Shown here piece by piece: positions 12,160-23,019 of a stretch of 64,000 nucleotides of DNA. The notes under the pieces were generated by a model. The model had not been told where the DNA came from and did no database searches. It saw only the letters and a program-made list of their open reading frames with translations. The stretch lies in NCBI RefSeq assembly GCF_039654945.1, contig NW_027361872.1, positions 11,842,001 to 11,906,000 of the forward strand. Reading direction: 5' to 3'. The position numbers and the translations under genes are program-made. The first letter of the stretch is position 1. Each line of letters starts with the position of its first letter. Source of the stretch: Dendrobates tinctorius. Its lineage: Eukaryota.

Positions 12160-13770
12160 CAGCTCTGGCAAAACTTAAGACACCACTGCAAAATTTTCAG
12201 TTTGTCTGATTTTTCTCTTTATAGATATATTTTTGAGTAAAATGTAAATTGCTCTTTTATTCTGTAAACTACTGACAACATGTCTCCGAATTTTCAAGCA
12301 ATAAGTTTTGTATTTATTTTCAGAAAATGAGAAATGGTCAAAATAACAAAGAAATGCAGTGCTTGCCGACCTCAAATAATGCTAAGAAAACAAAGTTCAT
12401 AATCATTTAGAAACAACAATACTAATGTTTAAACTCAGGAAGAGTTCAGAAATCAATATTTTGTGGAATAACCATGATTGTTAATCACAGTTTTCATGCG
12501 TCTTGGCATGCTTTCCACCAATGTTTCACACTGCTTTTGGGTGACCTTATGCCATTCCTGGTAAAAAAAATGTAAGCAGTTCTTCTATATTTGATGGCTT
12601 GTGACTATCCATCTTCCTCTTGATTACATTCCAGAGGTTTTCAATGGGGTTGAGGTCTGGAGATGGGCTGCCCATGACAGGGATTTGATGTGGTGGTCCT
12701 TCATCCACACATTGATTGACCTAGCTGTGAGACATGTCGCATTGTCCTGCTGGAAAAACCAGTCCTCAGAGTTGGGGAACATTGCCTGAGCAGAAGGAAT
12801 CAACTGTTTTTCCAGGATAACCTTGTATGCAGCTTGATTCATATGTCCTTCGCAAAGATTAAGCTGCCCAATTCAGGATTGCTGAAGCATCACCGATCCT
12901 CCACCAAATTTCTCACTGGGTGCAAGACACTGTGGCTTGTACGTCTCTCCAGGTCTCCGTCTAACCATTAGACGACCAGGTGTTGGGCAAAGCTGAACAT
13001 TAGACTCATCAGAGAAGATTACCTTACTCCAGTCCTCTATGGTCCATTCCTTATGGTCTTTGGCAAACTTCAACCTGGCTCTCCTTTGCTTCTCATTGAT
13101 AAAAGGCTTTTTTCTAGCTTTACATGACTTGGCCCTGCCTCTAGGAACCTGTTACGAACTGCTCTTGCCATGCACTTCACCCCAGCTGCCATTTGCCATT
13201 CCTTTTGTAGGTCACTTGATGTCATCCCGCGGTTGCTGAGTGACAATCGAATAAGATGCCGGTCATCCCGGTCAGTGGAGAGTCGTTTTCGCCCTCTGCC
13301 GGTCTGTAGCTTTGCTGTCCCCAATGTCTGCTGCTTGACCTTGTTGTAATGGACTGTTGTCTTAGAAATATTAAGGATGGAGGCAACATGATGCTCACTG
13401 TATCCCTCTGATAGTAAAGCCAGAATTGAGCCCTTCTTTTCCTCACTCAAGACTTTTCTTTTCAACTCCTTTGGCATGGTTAAAAGTTAATTTTTTCATT
13501 CCTATTACTTTTCGGATATTAGTAGCACTTGTTTTGCCATCCAGCTTGTCCTATTGCAAGAGGATTGTGAACACCACAGCAGGGTTTTTTATACTTTCCT
13601 TCATCAAATAAAATTTGGTTCAAGTAATCACCTAATCAGAAGCACATTAAGTAGAATGAGGTGTAGTCTGGTTGGAGTTCAACTGACAATGGAATGGAAT
13701 GGCTGTCAGACATGTAGAGAATTAATTTTTATAAACTGCGCAGTGGTCTCTTAATTTTTTGCCAGAGCTG
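12160..13770 (-). mobile_element. Full-length Tc1-like transposon with a frameshifted transposase
   Basis: TA|CAGCTCTGGCAAAA...TTTTGCCAGAGCTG|TA. ORF pieces 13070-13477 (paired-like HTH, GRGRKR), 12873-13073 (WSKVIFSDES) and 12624-12842 (FQQDNA). Confidence 0.93.
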
Positions 13771-15276
13771 TATCTTGAGGGGTTTACAGGTCGCATCCCA
13801 CAATCATCCCATGGCGTGTGCCTCGCCACAAATCTTACTACAGTCCCAGGTAGTCATGAATTAGACCAGCGGTAGCATCACGCCCCAGCGTGTCCCATTT
13901 TGATGGAGCTGACAGAAACTGGGGTGAAATTGGTAAATGTTGCAACTTTTAAAAGGAACTTACTCCAGAATCATGATGAAATTGCTTAGATGAATTATGA
14001 CTGACTGGTCACCATAAACTGAGCCAAGTGTACAGTATGTATTGGTTCCATTGTTTTTAGGATAAATTCATGAAAGTCCATTTTTTTTTTCCTACCGGTT
14101 ATATATTTGTCAATCAGTTGAATAATTAGAAATAACATCACTAAATACACCAAAAAAAAACCTTACTTTATGCCCGAGATAAAATGTCACAGTCTCTAAA
14201 AGTGACTATTTTTTCACTCTTTACCCAAGAGAGTCCAATGTGAAGAGGGCCGTGACGTGCGCCAATTCCTAAGAGGGAGCCAAGGTGGTTAGCTGGTGGT
14301 TCAGAACGGCTTTTTTATGAAGTAGAAAGTGATATCTCAGGCCCTGGAGAAATGATACCTGAGCTGCTAATTCTTTATGCTATGTGAAGCTTGTTCATCT
14401 ATATACAACGCTGCTCGCATCTCTTCCCAACGATGCCACCGCTGACACGGTCCGGTATGTTTGCACTATGTACGGTATATTACTATATATATTATGAAGA
14501 GCTAATTACTTTTGTGTTCCTTCAATAAAATCCCCGTTACTAAGAAATACAAGAAAGAAAATAGAAACAAGAAATCGAATCCCAAAACCAAGACGTGACC
14601 AAGAGACATCCCTGGTGTTTATTACACACCATTTTGTGGTAGCAGTAAGTCCTGAAATTAGTAGTAATTTAGTCAACTGAATTAATGAAACTAAAGAGGT
14701 TGTCCAGGCATATGCTATCCACAGGATAGGTCATCAATGTGCTGCCCGTCACCCGTTATTAGCCCTGGCGGCATCAAATCTAAGTATTGAGCGGAGCTGA
14801 TCAGTAAAGTGTAGCGGCCGCTGGCAAGAAAAGCCCGTCAGGTTCCTGTTCTTTTCCAATTACTTCTTTTTTTTTTCTGGCGGTATTCTTTACAACAGTT
14901 TTTTTATTTTCATTATTCCACTTGGAAATGACCAACAATCGCGTCACAAGGAGTAATGGATTGATAGTATCTTGCCATCAGATTAATATTAGGGATGTCA
15001 CTTAATAGGGACACAGAGTTAAGAAAATAATAGTGCACATAGAGAGGTAAGGTTCTAGAGTTTGGTACCATCTTGACTGGGTACACCTTGGTGTAGTGCG
15101 ATGGATTTTACCCTTTTTTTAATCTAAGGGGCAACGTTTCTCCTTGTGGAGATAACAAGATAGGCCTGGCATGTCAGCGTAAGGAGACTTCATAGAATCA
15201 TAGAATCATAGAATCGTAGAGTTGGAAGGGACCTCCTGGGCCATCTGGTCCAACCCCCTGCTCAGAGCAGGATTCG

Positions 15277-18191
15277 CTAAATCATCCCAGTCAGATGTCT
15301 GTCCAGCCTCTGTTTGAAGACTTCCATTGAAGGAGAACTCACCACTTCTCGTGGCAGCCTGTTCCACTCATTGATCACTCTAACTGTCAAAAAGTTTTTT
15401 CTAATATCTAATCTGTGTCTCTTCCCATTCAGTTTCATCCCATTGCTTCTAGTCTTTCCTTGTGCAAATGAGAATAAAGTTGATCCTTCTACAATGTGAC
15501 AGCCCTTTAGATATTTGTAGACAGCTATTAAGTCTCCTCTCAGTCTTCTCTTTTGCAAACTAAACATTCCCAAATCCTGCAACCTTTCCTCATAAGACAG
15601 GGTTTGCAGACCGGTCTCCATTCTGGTCGCTCTTTTCTGAACTTGCTCCAGTTTGTTGATGTCTTTTTTAAAATGTGGTGCCCAAAACTGGACACAATAT
15701 TCCAGATGAGGTCTGACCAAAGAGGAGTAGAGGGAAATAATGACTTCACGTGATCTAGACTGTATGCTTCTGTTAATACATCCTAGAATTGCATTTGCCT
15801 TTTTTGCTGCTGCATCACACTGTTGACTCATATTCAGTCTGTGATCTATTAGTATACCCAAGTCTTTTTCACATGTGCTGTCACTTAGCCCTATTCCTCC
15901 CATTCTATATATGCTTTTTTCATTTTTATTGCCCAGATGTAGTACTTTGCATTTCTCCCTGTTAAAAACCATTCTGTTAGTTGCTGCCCACTTCTCCAGT
16001 TTATTTAAATCTTTTTGAATCATCTCTCTCTCCTCTCTAGTATTAGCTATCCCTCCTAGCTTTGTGTCATCAGCAAATTTAATCAGTTTACCCTCAATTC
16101 CTTCATCTAAATCGTTGATAAAGATGTTGAACAATACAGGGCCCAGGACAGAGCCCTGTGGTACCCCACTTGAGACATTCTTCCAAGTGGATGTGCAGCC
16201 ATTTACGACCACTCTTTGGGTCCGATCACTAAGCCAGTTATGAATCCACCTAACAGTTGCCTTGTCCATTCCATACTTAGTCATTTTTTCAATAAGGATT
16301 GTATGAGAGACTTTGTCAAATGCTTTGCTGAAGTCAAGATATACTATATCTACAGCATTTCCTTGATCCACCCAATCAGTGATACCGTCATAGAAGGAAA
16401 TTAAGTTAGTCTGACATGACTTATCAGTTACAAACCCATGCTGACTCTGTTTAATCACTTCATTCTTATCCAGGTATTGACATACATGTTGTTTAATAAT
16501 TTGTTCAAAGATCTTTCCTGGTATAGAAGTCAGACTCACCGGCCTATAGTTGCCTGGGTCCACCTTCTTCCCCTTTTTGAAGATAGGAACAACATTTGCT
16601 CTTCTCCAGTCTTCTGGCACTTCTCCTGTTCTCCAAGAATTTTCAAAGATTATGGAGAGGGGTTCAAAAATTTCTTCTGCTATCTCCTTCAGTACTCTGG
16701 GGTGTAATTCATCTGGACCTGGAGACTTGAATTCATTTAGGTTAGCCAAGTGTTTCCTCACTATCTTTCTGTTTATAGATATCCTGGATTCTTCTATTCC
16801 CTTAATAGGACAGTGAATAACAGTTGATGTTGCATTTCCTTTCTGAGAGAAAACAGATGCAAAATAGGAATTTAAAAGTTCAGCCTTCTCAACATCCTGT
16901 CTTACCATTTCATCATTTTCATCCTGTAAAAATACTATAGCATCTTTGACTTTTCTTTTACTTTTGACATATCCCCAAAATCCTTTATTATTGCTTTTGA
17001 CATCTCTTGCAAGCCTCAGTTCATTTTCAGCTTTAGATAATCTGATTTGTGCCCTGCAGGTTCTGCAGACAGCATTATATTCTTCTTTAGATATGCCTCC
17101 CTCTTTCCATTTTATAAACATTTTTTTCTTCCTTTTTAGCATGTGCTTAAGTTCTGTGTTCATCCATCCTGGTTTCCTTAAATGCTTCCTATTCTTCCCT
17201 CTTTTCGGAATTGTTAACAACTGTGCATTGAGAATTTCATTTTTCAAGATTTCCCATCCTTCCTGGACATTTTTGTCTTTAAGGATATCCAGCCATTGGA
17301 TCCCTCCAATTCTCTTTCTGAATCCCTTAAAATCTGCCTTTCTGAAATCTAACCTTGACGTCTGAGTCTTCACAGGTCTTCCGCCTCTAGTTATCCAAAA
17401 TTCTAAAATAGCATGGTCGCTACCTCCTAGGGTCCCAGCCACTTTTACCTCCTCAACCATTTCCTCCCTGTTTATAAGGATTAGATCCAAGGTAGCAGTT
17501 CCCCTTGTTTTCTCCCTTACCTTTTGGAAGATAAAGTTGTCAGCAAGAGAGGATAAGAATTTCCTTGACCTGTTAGTTTTGCCTGAGAGAGATTCCCAAC
17601 AAATGTCTGGATAGTTGAAATCTCCCATGACAACTATGTCATATTTTTTGGAGAACTTGGCCATTTGATGCATAAAGAGTTCATCTATATCTTCGGCTTG
17701 CACAGGCGGCCTGTAGTAAATGCCTACAATGGTGTCCTTTCCATTGTTCTGTCCTTGTATTCTTACCCAAACAGTTTCCACAGAACTCCCAGTCTCTGAA
17801 GCTTCAATCTCTGTGCAGATATACGCGTTTCGAACATACAATGCGACACCTCCTCCTCGTTTATCAAGTCTGTTTCTTGCAAATAAGTTGTATCCTTCTA
17901 GTCTTGTATTCCAATCATGTGTATAGTCCCACCAAGTTTCAGTGATTCCAATGACATCATATTTCTTTTCCTGTGTTAGTAGTTCCAATTCTCCTTGTTT
18001 GTTGCCCATGCTTTGTGCATTAGTATAGAAACATTTTAGTTTGTGATTGGTTTCTCTTTCTCCAATATTTTTATTAATTAGATTCTTTCGTCTTTGTTCT
18101 TCCTTTCCACATCTAATAGCAGAGTTCTCAATAGCATTTGTCAGGTGTATGGCTTTTTCTGGTCTTTTGCTTCCCTTCCCATGTTGTTCTA
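15277..18191 (-). CDS. CR1 ORF2: APE endonuclease plus reverse transcriptase
   Basis: 910-aa ORF from Met 18009, with the frame open upstream through LKCFYTNAQS into the ORF1 end. Motifs ITETWW, GDFNYPDI, SDH, PGPD, YRPVSLTS, GVPQGSVLGP and FADD. Confidence 0.95.
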
Positions 18192-19187
18192 GTTTAAAGC
18201 TCTCCTTACAAGTGTAGCAAGGTGACTTCCAAATACATGCTTTCCAGTCTTCGTAAGGTGCACCCCATCTCTAGCAAGTAGTCCATCGTATAAGTAGTTC
18301 ACTCCGTGATCCAGAAATCCAAATCGTTGCTGACGGCACCATCGACGTAGCCAGTTGTTCACCTGCAGAATCTTATTCCACCTCCTTGTTCCATGGCCAT
18401 CCACTGGGAGGATGGAAGAGAAGACCACCTGCGCTCCCAGTTCTTTCACTTTCTTGCCTAAGTCTTCAAAGTCTCTGCAGATGGTTTCCAGGTCGTTTCT
18501 TGCGGTGTCATTTGTCCCCACATGTAGTAGCAGGAATGGGTAGTCATCTGTAGGTCTGAAGAGTCCTGATATCCTGTCAGACACATCTTTAATTTTTGCA
18601 CCTGGAAGACAGCACATTTCTCTTGTAGTTATATCCGGTCTGCAGATAGCGGCCTCTGTTCCTCTCAACAGGGAATCCCCCATGACCACCACTCTCCGTT
18701 TCTTCTTCACAACATTTTTCTTTCTCCATCCAGGAGGACTCTGAAGGCGTACAAGGTTGCTGTTTGTTGGCAGAGTCTTATCCTGATGTATTTCTTCATC
18801 GTTTTCCTGCGTGAGAGCCTGGTACTGGTTTCTGAGCAGTATGGGTGCTGACTGCCTCCTGATCCTCCTGCTTCTCTGGGTCACATGTCTCCATTCCTCT
18901 GTTTCTTCAGGTGCACTTCGAATTTCTTCTCTTTCTGTAACATGAAGAGATAATTCTGCTCTGTCCAAGAACTCTTCACCTTCCTTAATGATCTTCAACG
19001 TAGCTAACCTCTCTTCGAGATTTTGCAACTTTTCCTCCAACAGGGACACAAACTTGCATTTGTGGCATGTGAAGTTTGGCTTTTCCACTGGTAAATCTGT
19101 GAACATGTAGCAAGAAATGCAGCTCACCAAATGACTCCTGGCCTCTTCCATCTTGAGATTTCTTAAAAACGATGAAAGATGAGCCAA
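18189..19187 (-). CDS. CR1 ORF1: Cys zinc finger, coiled coil and SGNH/GDSL esterase domain
   Basis: CISC...CHKC, a leucine heptad, GDSLLRG, HVGTND, DGVHL and the C-terminal RALN typical of CR1 ORF1. Confidence 0.9.
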   Translation of the reverse strand: MAHLSSFLRNLKMEEARSHLVSCISCYMFTDLPVEKPNFTCHKCKFVSLLEEKLQNLEERLATLKIIKEGEEFLDRAELSLHVTEREEIRSAPEETEEWRHVTQRSRRIRRQSAPILLRNQYQALTQENDEEIHQDKTLPTNSNLVRLQSPPGWRKKNVVKKKRRVVVMGDSLLRGTEAAICRPDITTREMCCLPGAKIKDVSDRISGLFRPTDDYPFLLLHVGTNDTARNDLETICRDFEDLGKKVKELGAQVVFSSILPVDGHGTRRWNKILQVNNWLRRWCRQQRFGFLDHGVNYLYDGLLARDGVHLTKTGKHVFGSHLATLVRRALN

Positions 19188-19421
19188 ATTTCGGCGCGCG
19201 GTTTTTCCAATTTCCTCTTTTCAGCTGCAACGGCCAAAACCCAGTGATCGTTGAGCTCGCGGAGACTCTTCACTTATCCCAGAAGGCACTGGGAATATGC
19301 AAATGATCTCCTCAAGACTCTTCCCCTGGTTTTCCGATTTCCTCTTTTCAGCTGCAACGGCCAAAACCCAGTGATCGTTGAGCTCGCGGAGACTCCACTT
19401 ATCCCAGAAGGCACTGGGAAT

Positions 19422-19700
19422 ACTTATACACCATGCATGCTCCTCTGGGAAACTAAATATGCAAAATTGCTTATCAGAGAGGAAGAGGATTTGAACTCTA
19501 GTGCCACCTATTGTAAACAGCAATCCTAAAAGTGAACATCCACCTTTAATGAGCCTTGTCATATGACTTAGGATTAAAGACAAAACCAAAAGGAAAAATA
19601 TTACCCCTTAGATCCCAGCCAGAACCCTCTCATCTAGCCTTGCACTGAGGAGGGGCAGTACCCTGAAACACAGTGTCTGCAAATTGAGATTCTGGTGCAT
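19422..19700. repeat. Hammerhead-bearing ~325-bp repeat, locus 1 (continues at 15121-15190 across the CR1; contains an inversion)
   Basis: Shares blocks with 23020-24225 and 49585-49917 (ttttaggattgct, ataggtggcactag, ttcccagaggagcat, ctctccacaaggagaaacgtt, ttaccccttaga). Confidence 0.8.
19640..19682 (+). ncRNA. Type I hammerhead ribozyme within a dispersed repeat
   Basis: TTGCA-CTGAGGA-GGGG cagta CCCT-GAAA-CACAGTGT-C-TGCAA. Stem I is TTGCA/TGCAA, the core is CUGANGA...GAAA, stem II and a palindromic stem III are present, and the UC cleavage site falls at 19677. Confidence 0.85.
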
Positions 19701-20469
19701 GGATGAAAATCCCTCAAACAAGAATTGAAAGACTTATGTCTGTCTTCCAAAATTGTCTACAAGCTGTGATACTTTCAAAAGTGGGGTTGCTACTAGGTAG
19801 TAATCATGCCGGTGGACCAAACATTTGTATCGGACCATTTTGATTTTAGTTATTTTTAAAATGTAAAATATGAAAATATAAATATTTTTTGCCTAAAATA
19901 CAAAAAAAAGTGTCACCTTTAACTTTAGGCGTTTTAGAGATCATTTCATTTTCCACTTGCTTAACTGTTCCCAATAACAGTAATTTTGACCAGGGGTGCC
20001 CAAACTTTTACAGGCCACTGTAAGTGTGTAAAACACGATCACGACAAAGCATTTAGGTTTTGTATCGATGACTGTTACCCTGTGGTTTTCCAGTCATTTT
20101 CCATTTACTTATAGTAATGATGACCTCAAAATATTACAGTAATTAAAGCGGACCGGTCATAAGACTATAGAGCACGATCCACTATTAGCCAAAACGTTAC
20201 ATTGTCATTGTATTTTTTTTATGGCACCCATTAACCAAACGGCAAAGTTTTCTTTGTACTATTTTGTTTGGACCTGTTTTTATACTAGACTGACATTTTA
20301 CAGATCTCCAGCACGATGGATAGACTTCCAGTCAGCCTTGGATCCTTACAGGTACAATAGCTAAAGCTATTATTCAACAGTCATATACTGTGTCTATAAT
20401 GGGGAGGCGGTGACCAAGATACACGTGAAAGAAAGGACGCATGGGGGGCTGCTTCAACCAAGGTCCTAA

Positions 20470-21271
20470 AGGGCCTGTCACACTAAGCGATATTGCTAGC
20501 AATATCACTGTAACGTCACTGGTTTTTGTGACGTTATAGCGATATTGCTAGCGATATCGCTATGTGTGATACTTATCTCCGACCGGCTCCCCCGCTGGTT
20601 ATCGCTGATCGCGCGAGAACGTCCTGGGCCGTTTCTCGTCGTCAGCTTCCTGCTGTGGAGACGAGCGACGCGTGGACGCGGGCGGGAGGATGTCAGGCTC
20701 GCCTCGTCTGACAGGTAAGTAGCGACCCCCGACCCCTGCGATGTCGCTGGTGAGATCTGCCTGTGTGGCAGCTCACTAGCGACCACCTAGCGATGCACCA
20801 GCGATCCTGACCACGTCATATCGCTGGTCGGGATCACTGGTGCATCGCTAAGGCTGGTTTCACACTTGCGTTTTTTTTGCGCTGCTTTTTAGCGCAAAAA
20901 AACGCATGCGTTTTTTCCCCTATACTTTAAAATGGGTGCACATATGTGCACATACATATGAGCACATACGCAATTGTATGCGCATGCGTTTTTTTGCAGT
21001 GTGCGCTCGGGCGCACAAAATGCATCCTGTTGCATTTTTTGTGCGTCCCTAAAAAAAGTATGCGCACGCAATGCGTTTTTTTACAGCAAAACACCCATGA
21101 AAGTCTATGGGTGCGAATTGTAATGCGCAAAAAACGCATGCGTTTTTTTTAAAAAATGCACCAAAACCCGCAAAAAAAACGCATGATGCGTTTTTTTCAT
21201 GCGTTTGTGTGCGCAAAAAACGCGCAGCAAAAAAACGCAAGTGTGAAAGTAGCCTAAGTGTGACAGCACCT
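20470..21271. mobile_element. Harbinger-type MITE (outer)
   Basis: TAA|AGGGCCTGTCACACT...AGTGTGACAGCACCT|TAA; same family as 62533-63011. Confidence 0.8.
20852..21254. mobile_element. Harbinger-type MITE nested in the TIR of the outer MITE
   Basis: TAA|GGCTGGTTTCACACTTGCG...CGCAAGTGTGAAAGTAGCC|TAA; internal AAAACGCATGCGTTTT palindromes. Confidence 0.88.
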
Positions 21272-21832
21272 TAAGACAATAATTGCACATGAGAGTTCAT
21301 TAGTATGCCTGTCCCCCATCATTGGTCAGTGTAAACATGGATAGAAACGAGCGAAACGCTTATTCGACATGTAATTTCATATCTTTATGTTGACAAAAAA
21401 AATCACCAGTCGCCAGCAGATTGTCCTGTATAATTAGGGAATGTGGCGCCAATGATATGCACGCTGTATGGGGACAGAGCGATCATCGGCACACGTGATC
21501 ATGCCTTTAAATAAGTGCCAGTCTGTGCTCATTATGGGTCGAATTCTGACCGTGTTATGGACCTTAACCCATAATCTCCAACAAGATTATTCATCCATTC
21601 AACCACTTGTCACTAAGCAGACACAACACATTTGTATGGCATTTACTGTGCTCCTGGCTTCTCCTCTGGAGGCTGGATCTATTGCCTGCTTGACACCATT
21701 TGACTATAATGGGGCTAGTCAGATTTTGGTGATGATGTCTGCTATTTTATGATATAATGCTTATTTTTCTGTCTTTTTATTGAGCCTGCATGAGTCTCCT
21801 AACAGATGTCAACCTAACGTAACATACAAGGC

Positions 21833-22975
21833 TGTTGTGAATTCGCTTTCTGGCCTACCTCTGCTTACTAGAGAAGGTAGTGGAGCTGGTTGTATTGACA
21901 GAGGGGTCGCGAGTTCTCTTTCCGGGCTCCCTCTGGTGGTTACTGGAGGTAATGGAGCTGATCTAATTAACAGAGGCCTGCCACCTGATAATGAGGAGGA
22001 TGACTGGACATCTGGAGTTTCTGACTGGATTTAAGACAGCCAACTCCCTCTATTCCTGCTGATTTTTTTATTTTGTTGTGATTGGGTCACCGAGGAGGAA
22101 AGAAAACCAAGCTAAGCCAAAGAAAGTCAGAGAGGTTGGTAACTAAGCGGATTCCAGACCCCTGATCCTATCCACACAACTAGCAGTAGCCGTGGATTAT
22201 CCTAGACCCCTCGACACAGCTGGAGAACTAAATAAGCCTAAAGCAAGAAAGGGGAAATCTAAACTGCCGCACAGCAGACCACAAAGGAATAGATAGCCCC
22301 CAAACATATACTGTCGGTGAGACAAGATGAAAACACAAACGAAGCCAGGAAATTAGACTGAGCAAATGATGGGGCCCACACTAACTAGACAGGACAGGAA
22401 AGGAAAGACACTGTCTGCAATCACGCAAAAAACCCTGCTTCAAAAAATGCCCAACAAATCTGATAGAAAAATACTGAAGTCAGTAGACTTCGCCCACTAT
22501 ATCAGCACTCTGGTATATTCTGAAAGCAGAGCAAAAAGAGGTCAATCTAATAAGGGACAAAAACAAACTGGCACAAGCGGTAACATAAGGATGGAAATTC
22601 AGCGCAGCCCCAGCCGGAGCTGGCTGAACACACAAAACTGAAATAGACAAAACCAGATCAAATGTGAACACTAGCAAAAGAACACTTAACTGAGCATGCA
22701 GAAACTGAGCTGGAAACTAAGACCTCAGGAGGCAGGAAAAAATCACCAGCAGGGATAGAGGGAGTCGGCTGTCTTAAATCCAGTCAGAAACTCCAGATCG
22801 CCAGTCATCCTCCTGATTATCAAGTGGCAGGCCTCTGTTAATTAGATCAGCTCCATTACCTCCAGTAACCACCAGAGGGAGCCCGGAAAGAGAACTTGCG
22901 ACCCCTCTGTCAATACATCCAGCTCCCCTACCTTCACTAGTAACCAGAGGTAGACCAGAAAGCGAATTCAAAACA
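21833..22975. mobile_element. Composite of a partial forward LTR (21833-22073) and a complete reverse solo LTR (22074-22975)
   Basis: Homologous to the solo LTR at 59087-60002; ~240-bp inverted repeats; CAAGGC on both outer flanks. Confidence 0.8.
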
Positions 22976-23019
22976 CAAGGCCATGAAATACAAGGGTCGG
23001 TTTTTCATAAAACTTTTGT

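Larger units (their letters stand above)
15191..19421 (-). mobile_element. Apparently full-length CR1 LINE
   Basis: 3' tail (ATTCTATG)n at 15191-15220; intact ORF1 and ORF2; 5' UTR with two ~128-bp tandem copies; possible short TSD ACTT; the flanks rejoin into one repeat monomer. Confidence 0.95.
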
